A stretch of 64,000 nt of DNA from Candidatus Tenderia sp. (lineage in GTDB: Bacteria; Pseudomonadota; Gammaproteobacteria; Tenderiales; Tenderiaceae): positions 1-64,000 of the forward strand of contig JANOSY010000092.1 in the NCBI GenBank assembly GCA_031416075.1, read 5' to 3'. The notes beneath the pieces are model-generated. The model saw only the letters and a program-made list of their open reading frames with translations. It searched no databases and had not been told where the DNA came from. A program made the translations under genes and the position numbers. Positions 49,844-59,409 of the stretch are shown piece by piece. Within the stretch, counting starts at the first letter, position 1, and each line of letters begins with the position of its first letter.

Positions 49844-50911
49844 CTACCAGTCTGCACTCTCAAATTTTTTCAGTTCAATCGACTCTTTATCGTTGTATAA
49901 CCGTACTTTAATCTGCGACCGTGGCAGGCGTGGTTCAAAATCAAGATATACCTTTTGGCCATTGGCACCGAGTTTTTCAAAGGCGGCCATGGTTTCGAGC
50001 TCATCGAACTTTACCTCGAATATTACATTTCTATCGCGGCCTTTATCACGAATAGGCGCTGTGAATAACACCTGACGTGGCACTGGACGCAATTTACTCA
50101 CGGCATTTTTATCAGTCCAAAACCACTCGCGCTCAGACTCACCGTTCAGAAAACTAATAGTGACATCATCTGTTTGATTAATAGCACCACTGGGCAGCCA
50201 CTCGTAGCGGTTGCGATAACGGGACCAGAGATCAAACGGAATACCATCCCTTTTTAAGGATTCAAGCTCTGCGGGTGTGAGTACATTAACCAGTTGTTTT
50301 GCTATATAGGCATCACTATCCTGTCTGTCCTTAAAAGGAAGCGCAAAGGCGGCACTGGGATCCAGATTTATTTTTTCGGCCTGGCCAAAAAAAACCTCGA
50401 TGTAGTTACCACTCCCACCCACCCAAACCGCCACCACCCCGCCAGGGGCAATCCCCGCCATAATTACACTGTAATCAGGGGCATAGTCTTTCTCAGCAGG
50501 ATCATTCCTTGCCTTGTGCATAGCAACCCCTTCTCTAAAGAGGGCCAGAATTTTATCGTAGGGCAGGGCAAACTCCCCTTTATAAAATTGCCGCTCCGCA
50601 TAAGAGTAGAAGGTGATCTTCAACCGGTCTGGCAGCGGTTTCAGTTTCGGCCCCACCACATGAGACGAGATGGATTCCCCCCACCCTTTTGTCAATGTGC
50701 CTCCACTCGGAATATAAAGGCCACGCTCTGCTTCATCTTTATAGATAAACGTGCCTGTGATGATTTCCATCGGGTAGTGTTTTGGCGCACTCTCTGTAGC
50801 TTCCCAATCAAACGTGGTGTCATTTTTACTCATGGCGTGGCTGCAACCTGTTATCAAAAGTAAGAGCGGGGTCATGCTGATCTTCAAAATCCGTTTAAGC
50901 ATCATATTCAT
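49844..50911 (-). CDS. DUF2931-family lipoprotein, T6SS immunity paralog 1 (likely cognate)
   Basis: ITGC lipobox. The start overlaps the effector stop codon region. Confidence 0.85.
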   Translation of the reverse strand: MNMMLKRILKISMTPLLLLITGCSHAMSKNDTTFDWEATESAPKHYPMEIITGTFIYKDEAERGLYIPSGGTLTKGWGESISSHVVGPKLKPLPDRLKITFYSYAERQFYKGEFALPYDKILALFREGVAMHKARNDPAEKDYAPDYSVIMAGIAPGGVVAVWVGGSGNYIEVFFGQAEKINLDPSAAFALPFKDRQDSDAYIAKQLVNVLTPAELESLKRDGIPFDLWSRYRNRYEWLPSGAINQTDDVTISFLNGESEREWFWTDKNAVSKLRPVPRQVLFTAPIRDKGRDRNVIFEVKFDELETMAAFEKLGANGQKVYLDFEPRLPRSQIKVRLYNDKESIELKKFESADW

Positions 50912-52292
50912 ACCGTGTACGCCTGTGCTGTTTGGCCTTGTTGTCCCACGCAAAGCGCGGCGAATAACCGATGCCGGTTTTGGCTGAAAAATGGAGATGT
51001 TTGTGTCGTACCTCTTTCAACGTAGCATCATTTAACCAATCCTCTGGTTTTGAGTTTTTGTTGGAGGCAATGTAATTCCTGATCTTCGCCTCTAACGGTG
51101 CCAATAGGCCATAAATATCTGTATTAAGAATCCTGTTGGCTCTATCTTCCAACTTCTCATTTATCTTTAAATTTATCTCAGGTTGACGGGCAAACTCCGC
51201 CATGATTTTTAAGGGGATGTTGCAATAGGCGCTGCTAATGGCATTACGTTTGACTGTGAGGGTAGCGTGATTGAGGTATTCATACTCATCGTTCTCAACA
51301 ACCTCCAGCATGATTTCATTCTCTTTATACCACCCCTGTTTCAATAAATAGTCACGGTCCTGCTCCATCCGTTGCGGGTCGCCGCTGTTAATGGTCATCT
51401 GTTCATCACTGGTCAGCATGTACACCTTTTTGCTCTCATCGGTCTCTTTCTCCAGCAATTTTTCATTGGCCAGGTTATAACTACCGCCGATGTCGGAGTG
51501 TACGCCCGGAAGAAAATACTCCTCCCCACCTTTGCATTTTGTACTTTTTATATTGTGCAACGGAAAGTCTTTACGATGCTCCTCGGCAGCGGCAAGCTGC
51601 ACCACTTTTTTGGCCAGAACCACGGCCTGCTGCTCCAGCACATTATTGGTAAACGTGAAGTACTGGCTGCCATAGTAGGAGAGCACAGTATCAAACAGGC
51701 CAACAAAACAGACCTCAACCGCCGACTTTTCAATATCATAACCCAACGCTTGCAACCGATTACAGATCCGGTCTTTATGTTTTAAGAGCAGAAAGATTGC
51801 ATAGCGCGCGGTAGCAGCTCCACGGCTAAAACCGAACAGGTCAAATGTCAACTTCTGAATATAATGTTTCTCTTTTTTTATCTTATCGTTTTTCTTGATT
51901 TTTTCAATTGCTCTCACAATTCCCAATTCAGCCCGGGCAGCAACCCCCGACTCGCCGCCACCCAGGGAGTACCCGACAATACTATCCCCTTCAAGGTTTA
52001 ATGTACCCTGCCCTTCGATGTAGACTTTATAAAAATAATCATAACCGTCAGCAGTTGACCCAATATAGTTATCCATAACTGCAATATTGGTGCGGCCATT
52101 ATCATAACTATTGGGCCCTTTAGATCTATTCTCCTGGTAGATATCGCTATTGGCCTCGCGCTCTTTGATATTGATAAGGTTGTTTAAGGTGCCATCAAAA
52201 AGCAGGTCGAAACGAATTTTCAGCGGTTTTTTTCCATCCGTACGTTCATCCTCTGGTGCTGGCAGCAGCACTCCCTCGCAGATTTCTGTCAT
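50895..52292 (-). CDS. Tle1-like (DUF2235) phospholipase effector
   Basis: FDGTLNN, GFSRGAATAR, GLFDTV and PGVHSDIGGSY. Confidence 0.88.
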   Translation of the reverse strand: MTEICEGVLLPAPEDERTDGKKPLKIRFDLLFDGTLNNLINIKEREANSDIYQENRSKGPNSYDNGRTNIAVMDNYIGSTADGYDYFYKVYIEGQGTLNLEGDSIVGYSLGGGESGVAARAELGIVRAIEKIKKNDKIKKEKHYIQKLTFDLFGFSRGAATARYAIFLLLKHKDRICNRLQALGYDIEKSAVEVCFVGLFDTVLSYYGSQYFTFTNNVLEQQAVVLAKKVVQLAAAEEHRKDFPLHNIKSTKCKGGEEYFLPGVHSDIGGSYNLANEKLLEKETDESKKVYMLTSDEQMTINSGDPQRMEQDRDYLLKQGWYKENEIMLEVVENDEYEYLNHATLTVKRNAISSAYCNIPLKIMAEFARQPEINLKINEKLEDRANRILNTDIYGLLAPLEAKIRNYIASNKNSKPEDWLNDATLKEVRHKHLHFSAKTGIGYSPRFAWDNKAKQHRRTRYEYDA

Positions 52293-52304
52293 GATTTTTA
52301 TCCC

Positions 52305-53384
52305 TTACGATTGAGTAGTAGCCAGATCTAATTTTTCTACAACAATAGCACCGCGTTTTGCGGTGTCTGATGAACTGTACACCAGATGGGTTTGTTCTCT
52401 TGAATATTTGAGCAAACTTTCAGCCGCTAATGCTATTAATAGCGGGGCTGTTGCTGCCCCTACATCACCATAACATTCGGCGGGGTGTTCGATTTCCACC
52501 TTATCCTGAAAAGCTGGTTTATTGCGGATATAGGCTACGCCATACTCTTTGGCCCAGTGATTTTCACCATTCATGCTGCTGTAAATCGTGTGAATGTTTG
52601 GCTGCGCATGGTTGATGAGCGCTTTTTTAAACGCTTGATCGAGACCATCTCCCCTATAAGGCTCATCACTGCCCAAATGCCCCGCTTCATCGGCGATGCC
52701 GGGTGGGTTAAGTGCGATGATCTTGCCATTACGCTCCATTGCCAGTCCGGGGTGGCATGTCAGTAATAAAAAGCTCGCCGCTTCGCCAGGTGCAAAGCCG
52801 TCTTTGTTGCCTTTTTTCAGCAGTCGATCCATTTCATTGAGTGGACCCAATCGTGCGTAATCACGATACGAGTCACTGCCACCAATCAGTATGAAGTCGT
52901 TTGGTAACTCGTATAGATAACGAAAGGCAAAATCTATCGCCTCCATTCCCGCTGCACGACCACTGTGTATGCTGCGATATTGGGCTGTACTTACCCAGGG
53001 TTTGCAATTGTGCTCGAGATTTTGTGCCAGTGAACTAAGACCTTTAATATCTGCCTGCTCTTCAGGCATGGCAAACACTAAAGGGATGGGGTGTTGCGTA
53101 GTCTGTTGTTCACAAGCTTCTCGAATTGCAAGGATGGCCATTTTGGTAACACGATCATGACGTTCGTTGTATCGACTACCTCCGTCAATCTCTGCATCGA
53201 TTTTATCAAATATGACATTTGGCACCGATGCCATGGTAATGAGTTCGTTATCTTTTCCGTAATAGCTGGATATTTCATATGCGCTAATCTTCGCCCGCAC
53301 AGCAGCGGCAGTCATTGCCGTATTAAAACCCACCGGGGTGATCATGCCCATCCCGGCGATATAGAGCTTTGGCCTATCACTCAT
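52305..53384 (-). CDS. Thiolase/ketoacyl-synthase-like T6SS accessory protein (PRK06147-like)
   Basis: GMITPVG...TAAAVRA, PGEAA, YRGDGL, MNGE..WAKE and GDVGAA. Confidence 0.85.
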   Translation of the reverse strand: MSDRPKLYIAGMGMITPVGFNTAMTAAAVRAKISAYEISSYYGKDNELITMASVPNVIFDKIDAEIDGGSRYNERHDRVTKMAILAIREACEQQTTQHPIPLVFAMPEEQADIKGLSSLAQNLEHNCKPWVSTAQYRSIHSGRAAGMEAIDFAFRYLYELPNDFILIGGSDSYRDYARLGPLNEMDRLLKKGNKDGFAPGEAASFLLLTCHPGLAMERNGKIIALNPPGIADEAGHLGSDEPYRGDGLDQAFKKALINHAQPNIHTIYSSMNGENHWAKEYGVAYIRNKPAFQDKVEIEHPAECYGDVGAATAPLLIALAAESLLKYSREQTHLVYSSSDTAKRGAIVVEKLDLATTQS

Positions 53385-54648
53385 GCTGCAGCACCCTGCC
53401 CTGTATATTGTAAAAACCATGGGCTGGATCGGTCAACGCCAGCTCCAGAGCAGCGGCGCATCGCTGGCGTTGATTGGCATGTTCAAGTAGTTTAAGTAGC
53501 CAAGGGGTGCTAATCAATTGGCCCATAAAGTAGCGTTGGCCGATAATAAAATTACGGCCCTGTTGTTGCCAAAACATGGTTATTTTTTCGGCATCTGGCC
53601 AAGGCAGTTTGTCATCTTCATCCATGGCGACATTGTCATCATCAACACTATCATTAGGCATTGATTCAAGATTAACAGGCATCGCTTTTGTCAGACTGTG
53701 TTGTATTAAGTCGATACCGGTGATCATGGTTATGGCTTCACCCGCAACTCTGGCTGACGCGGGTTCTTTCATCTTCTGGATCAACCAATTTACGGCATGA
53801 GGATCGCCCAATACCGCCGTGGCCTGAATTACAGCGCGGCCGAGCGTTTCATCCTTGGCCATTTCAGAGATCCATTGCCGAGCCTGGTCAACGGGCAAAA
53901 CTCTAAAGGCAATATGAAGGGCGCGGCGCTGATGAGCATCACCATTGAGCAGATACCCCTTAATATTGTTTACCGCTGATCTATTACCCAACAAGATCGC
54001 CGACCAGTTTGCCCAAAAAGCGACATCCCGATCATCGGAGGAAATTGCCTGCTTGAGGGCAGGCATCAGATCCTGCCGCCTCAGTTCGCCGATTAGTCGT
54101 AGCGCTCTGGCATATAGTTTTTTATGTTGCTGGCAATCGTCGCGAAATAATATTTTTGCCAGATAATCACCGACATCGTGGCGCCTGACACTACAGGCCG
54201 CCAACCCGAGATATTTGTGATCAAGATTTTTACTGATGAGAAATTTATTTATCCAAGGGTTGACTAATTCAGCTGTTAACCACCCCAGCGCCGAGACAAG
54301 CCCCTTAAAGGTTTGATCATCCTGCAAACCTGCGTCCACCACTAATTCTATTTTTTTAACTTCGTGACTTTTGAAGGCTGTGACAGCGGCGGTAAACACC
54401 TCACCCGACTCTCCCATGGCAAGAGCAGATTCACAGACACGCCAACCTAAGTCCATTGATGACATCAAGCCATCAAGGTTGTACTCAATCCGTCTTTCAA
54501 GCTTGGTAATATCATCTTTGCTATAGTTGGGCTGCTTAACGGCAATCGTTCGCAAAATCCACAGGAATGAAGCGTCATCAACATATCGCGAAAATATATT
54601 TTGGTAACTATAGTTAAAGTCTACTGTGGCAGGCATCTGCTGACTCAT
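53377..54648 (-). CDS. TIGR02270-family T6SS accessory protein
   Basis: DDASFLW.LR, LGDP..V.WLI, ARVAGEA...ITG, LPWPD and NQRQR..AALEL. Confidence 0.85.
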   Translation of the reverse strand: MSQQMPATVDFNYSYQNIFSRYVDDASFLWILRTIAVKQPNYSKDDITKLERRIEYNLDGLMSSMDLGWRVCESALAMGESGEVFTAAVTAFKSHEVKKIELVVDAGLQDDQTFKGLVSALGWLTAELVNPWINKFLISKNLDHKYLGLAACSVRRHDVGDYLAKILFRDDCQQHKKLYARALRLIGELRRQDLMPALKQAISSDDRDVAFWANWSAILLGNRSAVNNIKGYLLNGDAHQRRALHIAFRVLPVDQARQWISEMAKDETLGRAVIQATAVLGDPHAVNWLIQKMKEPASARVAGEAITMITGIDLIQHSLTKAMPVNLESMPNDSVDDDNVAMDEDDKLPWPDAEKITMFWQQQGRNFIIGQRYFMGQLISTPWLLKLLEHANQRQRCAAALELALTDPAHGFYNIQGRVLQHE

Positions 54649-54665
54649 TAATCAATTGTATTCAA

Positions 54666-55046
54666 CTAACCCACGATATTTTTTTTATTATGAAACAACG
54701 GGTCGCCCAGCCTGCAAACGTTTTTTCCTTCGAACATAACGTCAAACGAGTACATCATAAATTCACACTCGCCCTTAACCGTACCACTCACGATCCCTTT
54801 TTTGCTACCCGCCTCATCGCCAGTGCTTGTTGTGTAAATCGCCCCTTTTACCATTGGCATCTCGCCATCAAGCGTCACTGACTTTGGACCTTTGGCCGTG
54901 TCGGCAGATTTGCCTGTGTTTGGATAGGGAATAGGCACCACTGGTTTTCCTACCTGCGTTAAACAGACATCTGGAAAAACCGTACTGATACCACCACTGC
55001 CTTTATGAGCGATACCACGTGTATTCGCAAATGTTGTTTGGGCCAT
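54666..55046 (-). CDS. DUF4150 PAAR-like spike protein
   Basis: FPDVCLT...PIPYPN, STGDEAG and EGKNVCRLGD. Confidence 0.9.
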   Translation of the reverse strand: MAQTTFANTRGIAHKGSGGISTVFPDVCLTQVGKPVVPIPYPNTGKSADTAKGPKSVTLDGEMPMVKGAIYTTSTGDEAGSKKGIVSGTVKGECEFMMYSFDVMFEGKNVCRLGDPLFHNKKNIVG

Positions 55047-55079
55047 ATCATCATCTCAACAAAATATTCAGGATAAGTG

Positions 55080-56072
55080 TTAACGCAAGATATTGATCTT
55101 TACACTGCCAATTTTTAATGTTTTTTTATCACAGGGCACAGCCCCTTTCCAGACCATACTCATCTGCAATATATTAGGTTCTAAAATCAGCGTCTCCACA
55201 TTCATCACCGCCTTTTTTAATATACCCCCCACATCAGCCACCACCGCAAAACGTACTGTTGGCACTTCAAACTGAAGTCCACCCTCCGGATGCATATGGG
55301 TGATTTTCACCGCTTCCCCCCCTTGCAAAAACTCGGGGTAAATTAAATCCGGATGCGCCATATTAAAAAACCGTTTATCAAAATCATCAGGCAGATAAGG
55401 CGCACGCTCACGCTTCCAAACACTATCATAACTACCCGCATAGCTCGCCCGGGGGTGCCAATGGGGGGCGCAAAACCCAAAACAGGCAGGCATTGGTTTA
55501 TCCAGATAGCGCTCAATCAGCTCTGTCGGGTTTTCGAGATTTGGCAACAACATCCCGTTAATCGCTGATGCCTCACTTTTCTCGGCGTACCCGCGACCAA
55601 CAGGATTTCTCACATCCTCAGAAACTGTCACCCCATCCTTCGCATACACACCGCCAAACGCACGCTCGTATACCATCGGCATCATATCAAACGGCTCAGG
55701 CGCACTCATTTGACCCTCATGCCAATACCGGTCTCCAAAAACACGTACACTTTTACGTAACTCCGCAACCTGCAAAGCCACATCCAGACGTGTCACCGTC
55801 ATCCCTTTAGGTGCATGGGCATCCCCCACCATCACAATGTCGGTGCATGGCTTACCCAAATGGTGGTCTGACCCATACTTAAGACTCGACTCGCCCGGCT
55901 CGCCCCAGTAGAGATCCGACTCCTGCGGCGGTATTTGCACATCACTCAATCGTAACGAAGCGCCGACGTCAAACGTCGCCTTGATCGTAATATAGAGCGT
56001 ATCGATAGCATGTTCGTCCGGCGATAACATCATGGACGCAGCAAAGGGAGTATTATTTTTCAGTTGTAACAT
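55080..56072 (-). CDS. DUF2169 T6SS adaptor
   Basis: KPCTDIV, VFGDRYW, YERAFGG, NPVGRG and PDDFD.RFFN.A. Confidence 0.9.
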   Translation of the reverse strand: MLQLKNNTPFAASMMLSPDEHAIDTLYITIKATFDVGASLRLSDVQIPPQESDLYWGEPGESSLKYGSDHHLGKPCTDIVMVGDAHAPKGMTVTRLDVALQVAELRKSVRVFGDRYWHEGQMSAPEPFDMMPMVYERAFGGVYAKDGVTVSEDVRNPVGRGYAEKSEASAINGMLLPNLENPTELIERYLDKPMPACFGFCAPHWHPRASYAGSYDSVWKRERAPYLPDDFDKRFFNMAHPDLIYPEFLQGGEAVKITHMHPEGGLQFEVPTVRFAVVADVGGILKKAVMNVETLILEPNILQMSMVWKGAVPCDKKTLKIGSVKINILR

Positions 56073-56105
56073 TCAAGAATGTCCGCGCTTACAGATAAAA
56101 GGGGT

Positions 56106-56651
56106 TTAATTAACTTGAACAGCGCCCCCCATAATACGGTTGACACCACTTGAGCGGCTGAGAAGATATTTACCACGAATCAAAATTCTTCCCGCCTTTG
56201 TCAGCGTGATACTTGCCTCTCCACACTTCAAGACAATCTCATCCTCACCCTCAATCACAATGTGTTTACCATCCACTTTAACAACATCCATTGGCGACGC
56301 AGACACCTCATGCTCAGTACTCGTCACACCCGCTGTCTGTAAATTCAGTTCAAAGCTATCAATCAAGGCATTCAACGGATTATGAATCAACCCCATAATC
56401 ACTGGCTGACGTGGGTCCCCTTGAGCAAACAGCAGTGCAATCTGACGCCCAACATGTTGATGAGTAATGCTCAATGTCGACACAGCTGCCAACGCTTGAA
56501 AAGTGGGATTTTCTGGGTAGTTAACCAACGGGGCACCATCATGATGAATAGCTTCAACAACACCAATCACTATTTCACCCGGCGCAATACCTGAAAACAG
56601 CTGGGTAGTATCATCATCATGGTCTACCTTGTGATCACCGTCCATGACCAC
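56106..56651 (-). CDS. DUF6484-like protein
   Basis: LF..GDP..PVI.G and EIVLKCGEASITL...G.I.IRG. Confidence 0.75.
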   Translation of the reverse strand: MVMDGDHKVDHDDDTTQLFSGIAPGEIVIGVVEAIHHDGAPLVNYPENPTFQALAAVSTLSITHQHVGRQIALLFAQGDPRQPVIMGLIHNPLNALIDSFELNLQTAGVTSTEHEVSASPMDVVKVDGKHIVIEGEDEIVLKCGEASITLTKAGRILIRGKYLLSRSSGVNRIMGGAVQVN

Positions 56652-56659
56652 ATACCACC

Positions 56660-58594
56660 TTAGTTAACACTGGTTTTACTCCCCTTCACAACCACATTGC
56701 CCGAGCCTTTAACATTGATATTGCTGCCGCTCAACGTAATATCACCATTGCTTTTCATCACAATCGTTGCTGAACCTGTTTTAAATACAATCTCTTTATT
56801 GGCTGTCAGAGTGATAGCGTCCGCTCGCAACGCATACTCTTTAGTGACACTTTCAGAGTACTTGCCCTCTACCGACTCCTGAAGATTGCCACCAATAGTA
56901 ATCATCATATTCTTGCCAACACTTTCAGTATGATCTACACCCACCTCAATGGATTTATTCTTACCGATAGATTCACTCTGATTATTGGTCACGGTTTTAT
57001 TACGGTCATTACCAATGTTTGAGTTCTCATCATGTTTGATCGTTTTTGTACGGTCGTTGTCGACCGTCAATGTTTCGTTATTTTCAACTTCCACATCCAT
57101 ATCTTTTTCAGCATGGATAAAGATCTGTTCAGAATCTTTTTTATCTTCAAACCGTAATTCATTATAGTTTTCAGCGCTGCCACCCTTGGTCGAGCGCGTT
57201 TTGATCCCACTCTGAGTCTTGGCACTGTAAGGCGGCTTGTTTGCACCGTTATAAACAGAACCGGTGACCAACGGACGATCCGGATCACCGTCAAGAAAAT
57301 CGACAATCACCTCATGACCAATTCGCGGAACAAACGAAGCACCCCACTTATTGCCCGCCCAGGACTGCACTACACGCAGATAACAAGAGCTGTTCTCGTC
57401 ACTTTTACCTTCACGATCCCAGATAAACTGGACCTTAATCCGTCCAAACTCATCAACATGAATCTCATCTCCGGCAGGCCCCGTCACCACCGCCGACTGT
57501 GGCCCCTTCATAGTAGGCCTAGTATGCTTGCGAGGCGGACGAAAATTCACACTATCAGGAACACAAGAAAACGAATTGTGGTAACCAGACCCCACATCAC
57601 TACCACCGTAGTAACTATTATCATTGGCCTCATGGTATATGTTAACGATTAAATAACCACCGTTCTCACTCTTGCTCTCATGCTCAATTAAATTAAACAG
57701 CCCACCTGCATAAAAACTGGAACAATCGCCTTTGGCTTCCACCAAATCACTCAGCGCCTCCTCTGCATCTGCGCGAAAATCTACAATCTCTTTGCCCGCA
57801 GACAAGTGGTGCAATCCGGGATATTCGTAATGTTCAAAACTGCTGCTACTTTTAAATTTTGCACTTGTCGGTGTCTGAACCAGTAGTTTTTTTGCTGGCT
57901 CTTTAAAATTATAGTCATTGATGGCCCACACACCTGTTCCAAAGTGATGGGCATGTTGCCAATAACTTAGCTGACTCACCGTCTGATTTCCGGAAGAGTA
58001 TTTCACCTCAGACTCTGCACACACATCAAAAGCAGACTTCTGATCAACAATCATCATGGTATGCTTATCTGACTCCTGCTTAAAATAATAAGCTATACCC
58101 TCCTCTTCAAGCAGCCGCGATACAAAATGAAAGTCTGATTCACCATACTGTATGCAATACTCTCGTGGTGTATTGCCACCCTTAATATTAAAGGCATAAT
58201 CATTAAAACCAAGCGCCGCAAACACCTGAGAAACGATATCCTTAACACTTTTATTTTGAAAAATTCGCTGATTATGTGTTTTTGAGAGAAACCAAAGCCA
58301 GGGAACCACCGTGAGATTGTAGGCTCGCAAGCCATTTGACTGAACTTCGCCAAATGAAAACTGACTGACATAACCGTTAAAGGTACGCGCCTGATCATTC
58401 AGGATGTTAACGGTCACCTGTTCTCCAATCAGGTCATGGGGATCAATAGCAGGATTCGTAGATAAAACACCAACATCAAACTCAAACAACGCCGAAATAT
58501 GCTCACTCCCCTTAAAAGAGGTCAACAGCAGTTCATCCTTGGGCAAGGGCGTCACAATTGAAATAAAGCGATTCTCTTGAGCAAAAAAACCCAT
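56660..58594 (-). CDS. vgrG: T6SS spike protein VgrG
   Basis: REYCIQYGESDFHFVSRLLEEEG, GPQSAVV, PRIGHEVIV.FLDGDPDRP and gp5-like repeats. Confidence 0.95.
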   Translation of the reverse strand: MGFFAQENRFISIVTPLPKDELLLTSFKGSEHISALFEFDVGVLSTNPAIDPHDLIGEQVTVNILNDQARTFNGYVSQFSFGEVQSNGLRAYNLTVVPWLWFLSKTHNQRIFQNKSVKDIVSQVFAALGFNDYAFNIKGGNTPREYCIQYGESDFHFVSRLLEEEGIAYYFKQESDKHTMMIVDQKSAFDVCAESEVKYSSGNQTVSQLSYWQHAHHFGTGVWAINDYNFKEPAKKLLVQTPTSAKFKSSSSFEHYEYPGLHHLSAGKEIVDFRADAEEALSDLVEAKGDCSSFYAGGLFNLIEHESKSENGGYLIVNIYHEANDNSYYGGSDVGSGYHNSFSCVPDSVNFRPPRKHTRPTMKGPQSAVVTGPAGDEIHVDEFGRIKVQFIWDREGKSDENSSCYLRVVQSWAGNKWGASFVPRIGHEVIVDFLDGDPDRPLVTGSVYNGANKPPYSAKTQSGIKTRSTKGGSAENYNELRFEDKKDSEQIFIHAEKDMDVEVENNETLTVDNDRTKTIKHDENSNIGNDRNKTVTNNQSESIGKNKSIEVGVDHTESVGKNMMITIGGNLQESVEGKYSESVTKEYALRADAITLTANKEIVFKTGSATIVMKSNGDITLSGSNINVKGSGNVVVKGSKTSVN

Positions 58595-58660
58595 TTACCT
58601 AATCCTCGGCGAAAAAAGAGTGAAGCTCATAGTGTGTCACTCATTTGAGGCATACCCATT

Positions 58661-58694
58661 AAAAAAACAGGCCGCTCCAGATCAATGGAGCGGC
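58661..58694 (-). terminator. Intrinsic terminator between hcp and vgrG
   Basis: GCCGCTCCA-N6-TGGAGCGGC hairpin followed on the minus strand by CTGTTTTTTT. Confidence 0.75.
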
Positions 58695-58713
58695 ACAATG
58701 AGTACACGTCAGC

Positions 58714-59196
58714 TTACAGTGGTTTGGCAGTTGCCAGATCGTAACCCACACGCTGTGGATTAGATGTTTTATTCTTGGCATCAAAGTCATTGTAACTAAT
58801 CATAATCTTTGAAAAGCTAAGAGTAATATTCTCTACAGGCTCACCCTCGGCATCAGCAGAGAGACTAAAACCACTAACCAGACAGTTCTCAAGTGTATAG
58901 TTCATATACTCCTGAACCTTGTCACCACCAGTACGCACAAGCTTAATCACAACAGTCTTACCTGCAGAACCGGTAACAGACTCTTTGAACAGTGACGTTA
59001 CAGACGCATCTGCAAACTTGGTAATGCTCACTTCACTGATAGTAGGACGAGTCGCTTCACGATTAGTCAGATTGCCCGCTTCCATGCTGATACCACGCCC
59101 CACACCAAAACTCACTGAGTTAAGCGCAATGTGATTTGCATAACTATCAGCCGTTACATTGCCATTGATCCCATCATACTTCATGTATATAGCCAT
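58714..59196 (-). CDS. hcp: T6SS tube protein Hcp
   Basis: MAIYMKYDGING, ITKFADAS, YTLENCLVS, ENITLSFSKI and GYDL. Confidence 0.92.
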   Translation of the reverse strand: MAIYMKYDGINGNVTADSYANHIALNSVSFGVGRGISMEAGNLTNREATRPTISEVSITKFADASVTSLFKESVTGSAGKTVVIKLVRTGGDKVQEYMNYTLENCLVSGFSLSADAEGEPVENITLSFSKIMISYNDFDAKNKTSNPQRVGYDLATAKPL

Positions 59197-59409
59197 TTAT
59201 AACTCCTTCAAAATTAAAAAATTAACAACAATCAAATGAGGCCACAAAAGAACTTTGGCAACCACTGCCAATCAGCTTCATTACCAGTAAATGCCAGCTT
59301 GATATCACTCAAGCCAACCACAACAACGAATAGTACACACCCTTCTTAACAATCGCTAACAATAATGGTGTTTTATTACCGTTTCACACACCCAGCGCGA
59401 AAAAAGACA

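Noticed and set aside
59200-59400. Sigma-54 promoter for hcp
   Set aside because: I found no GG-N10-GC element with correct spacing.
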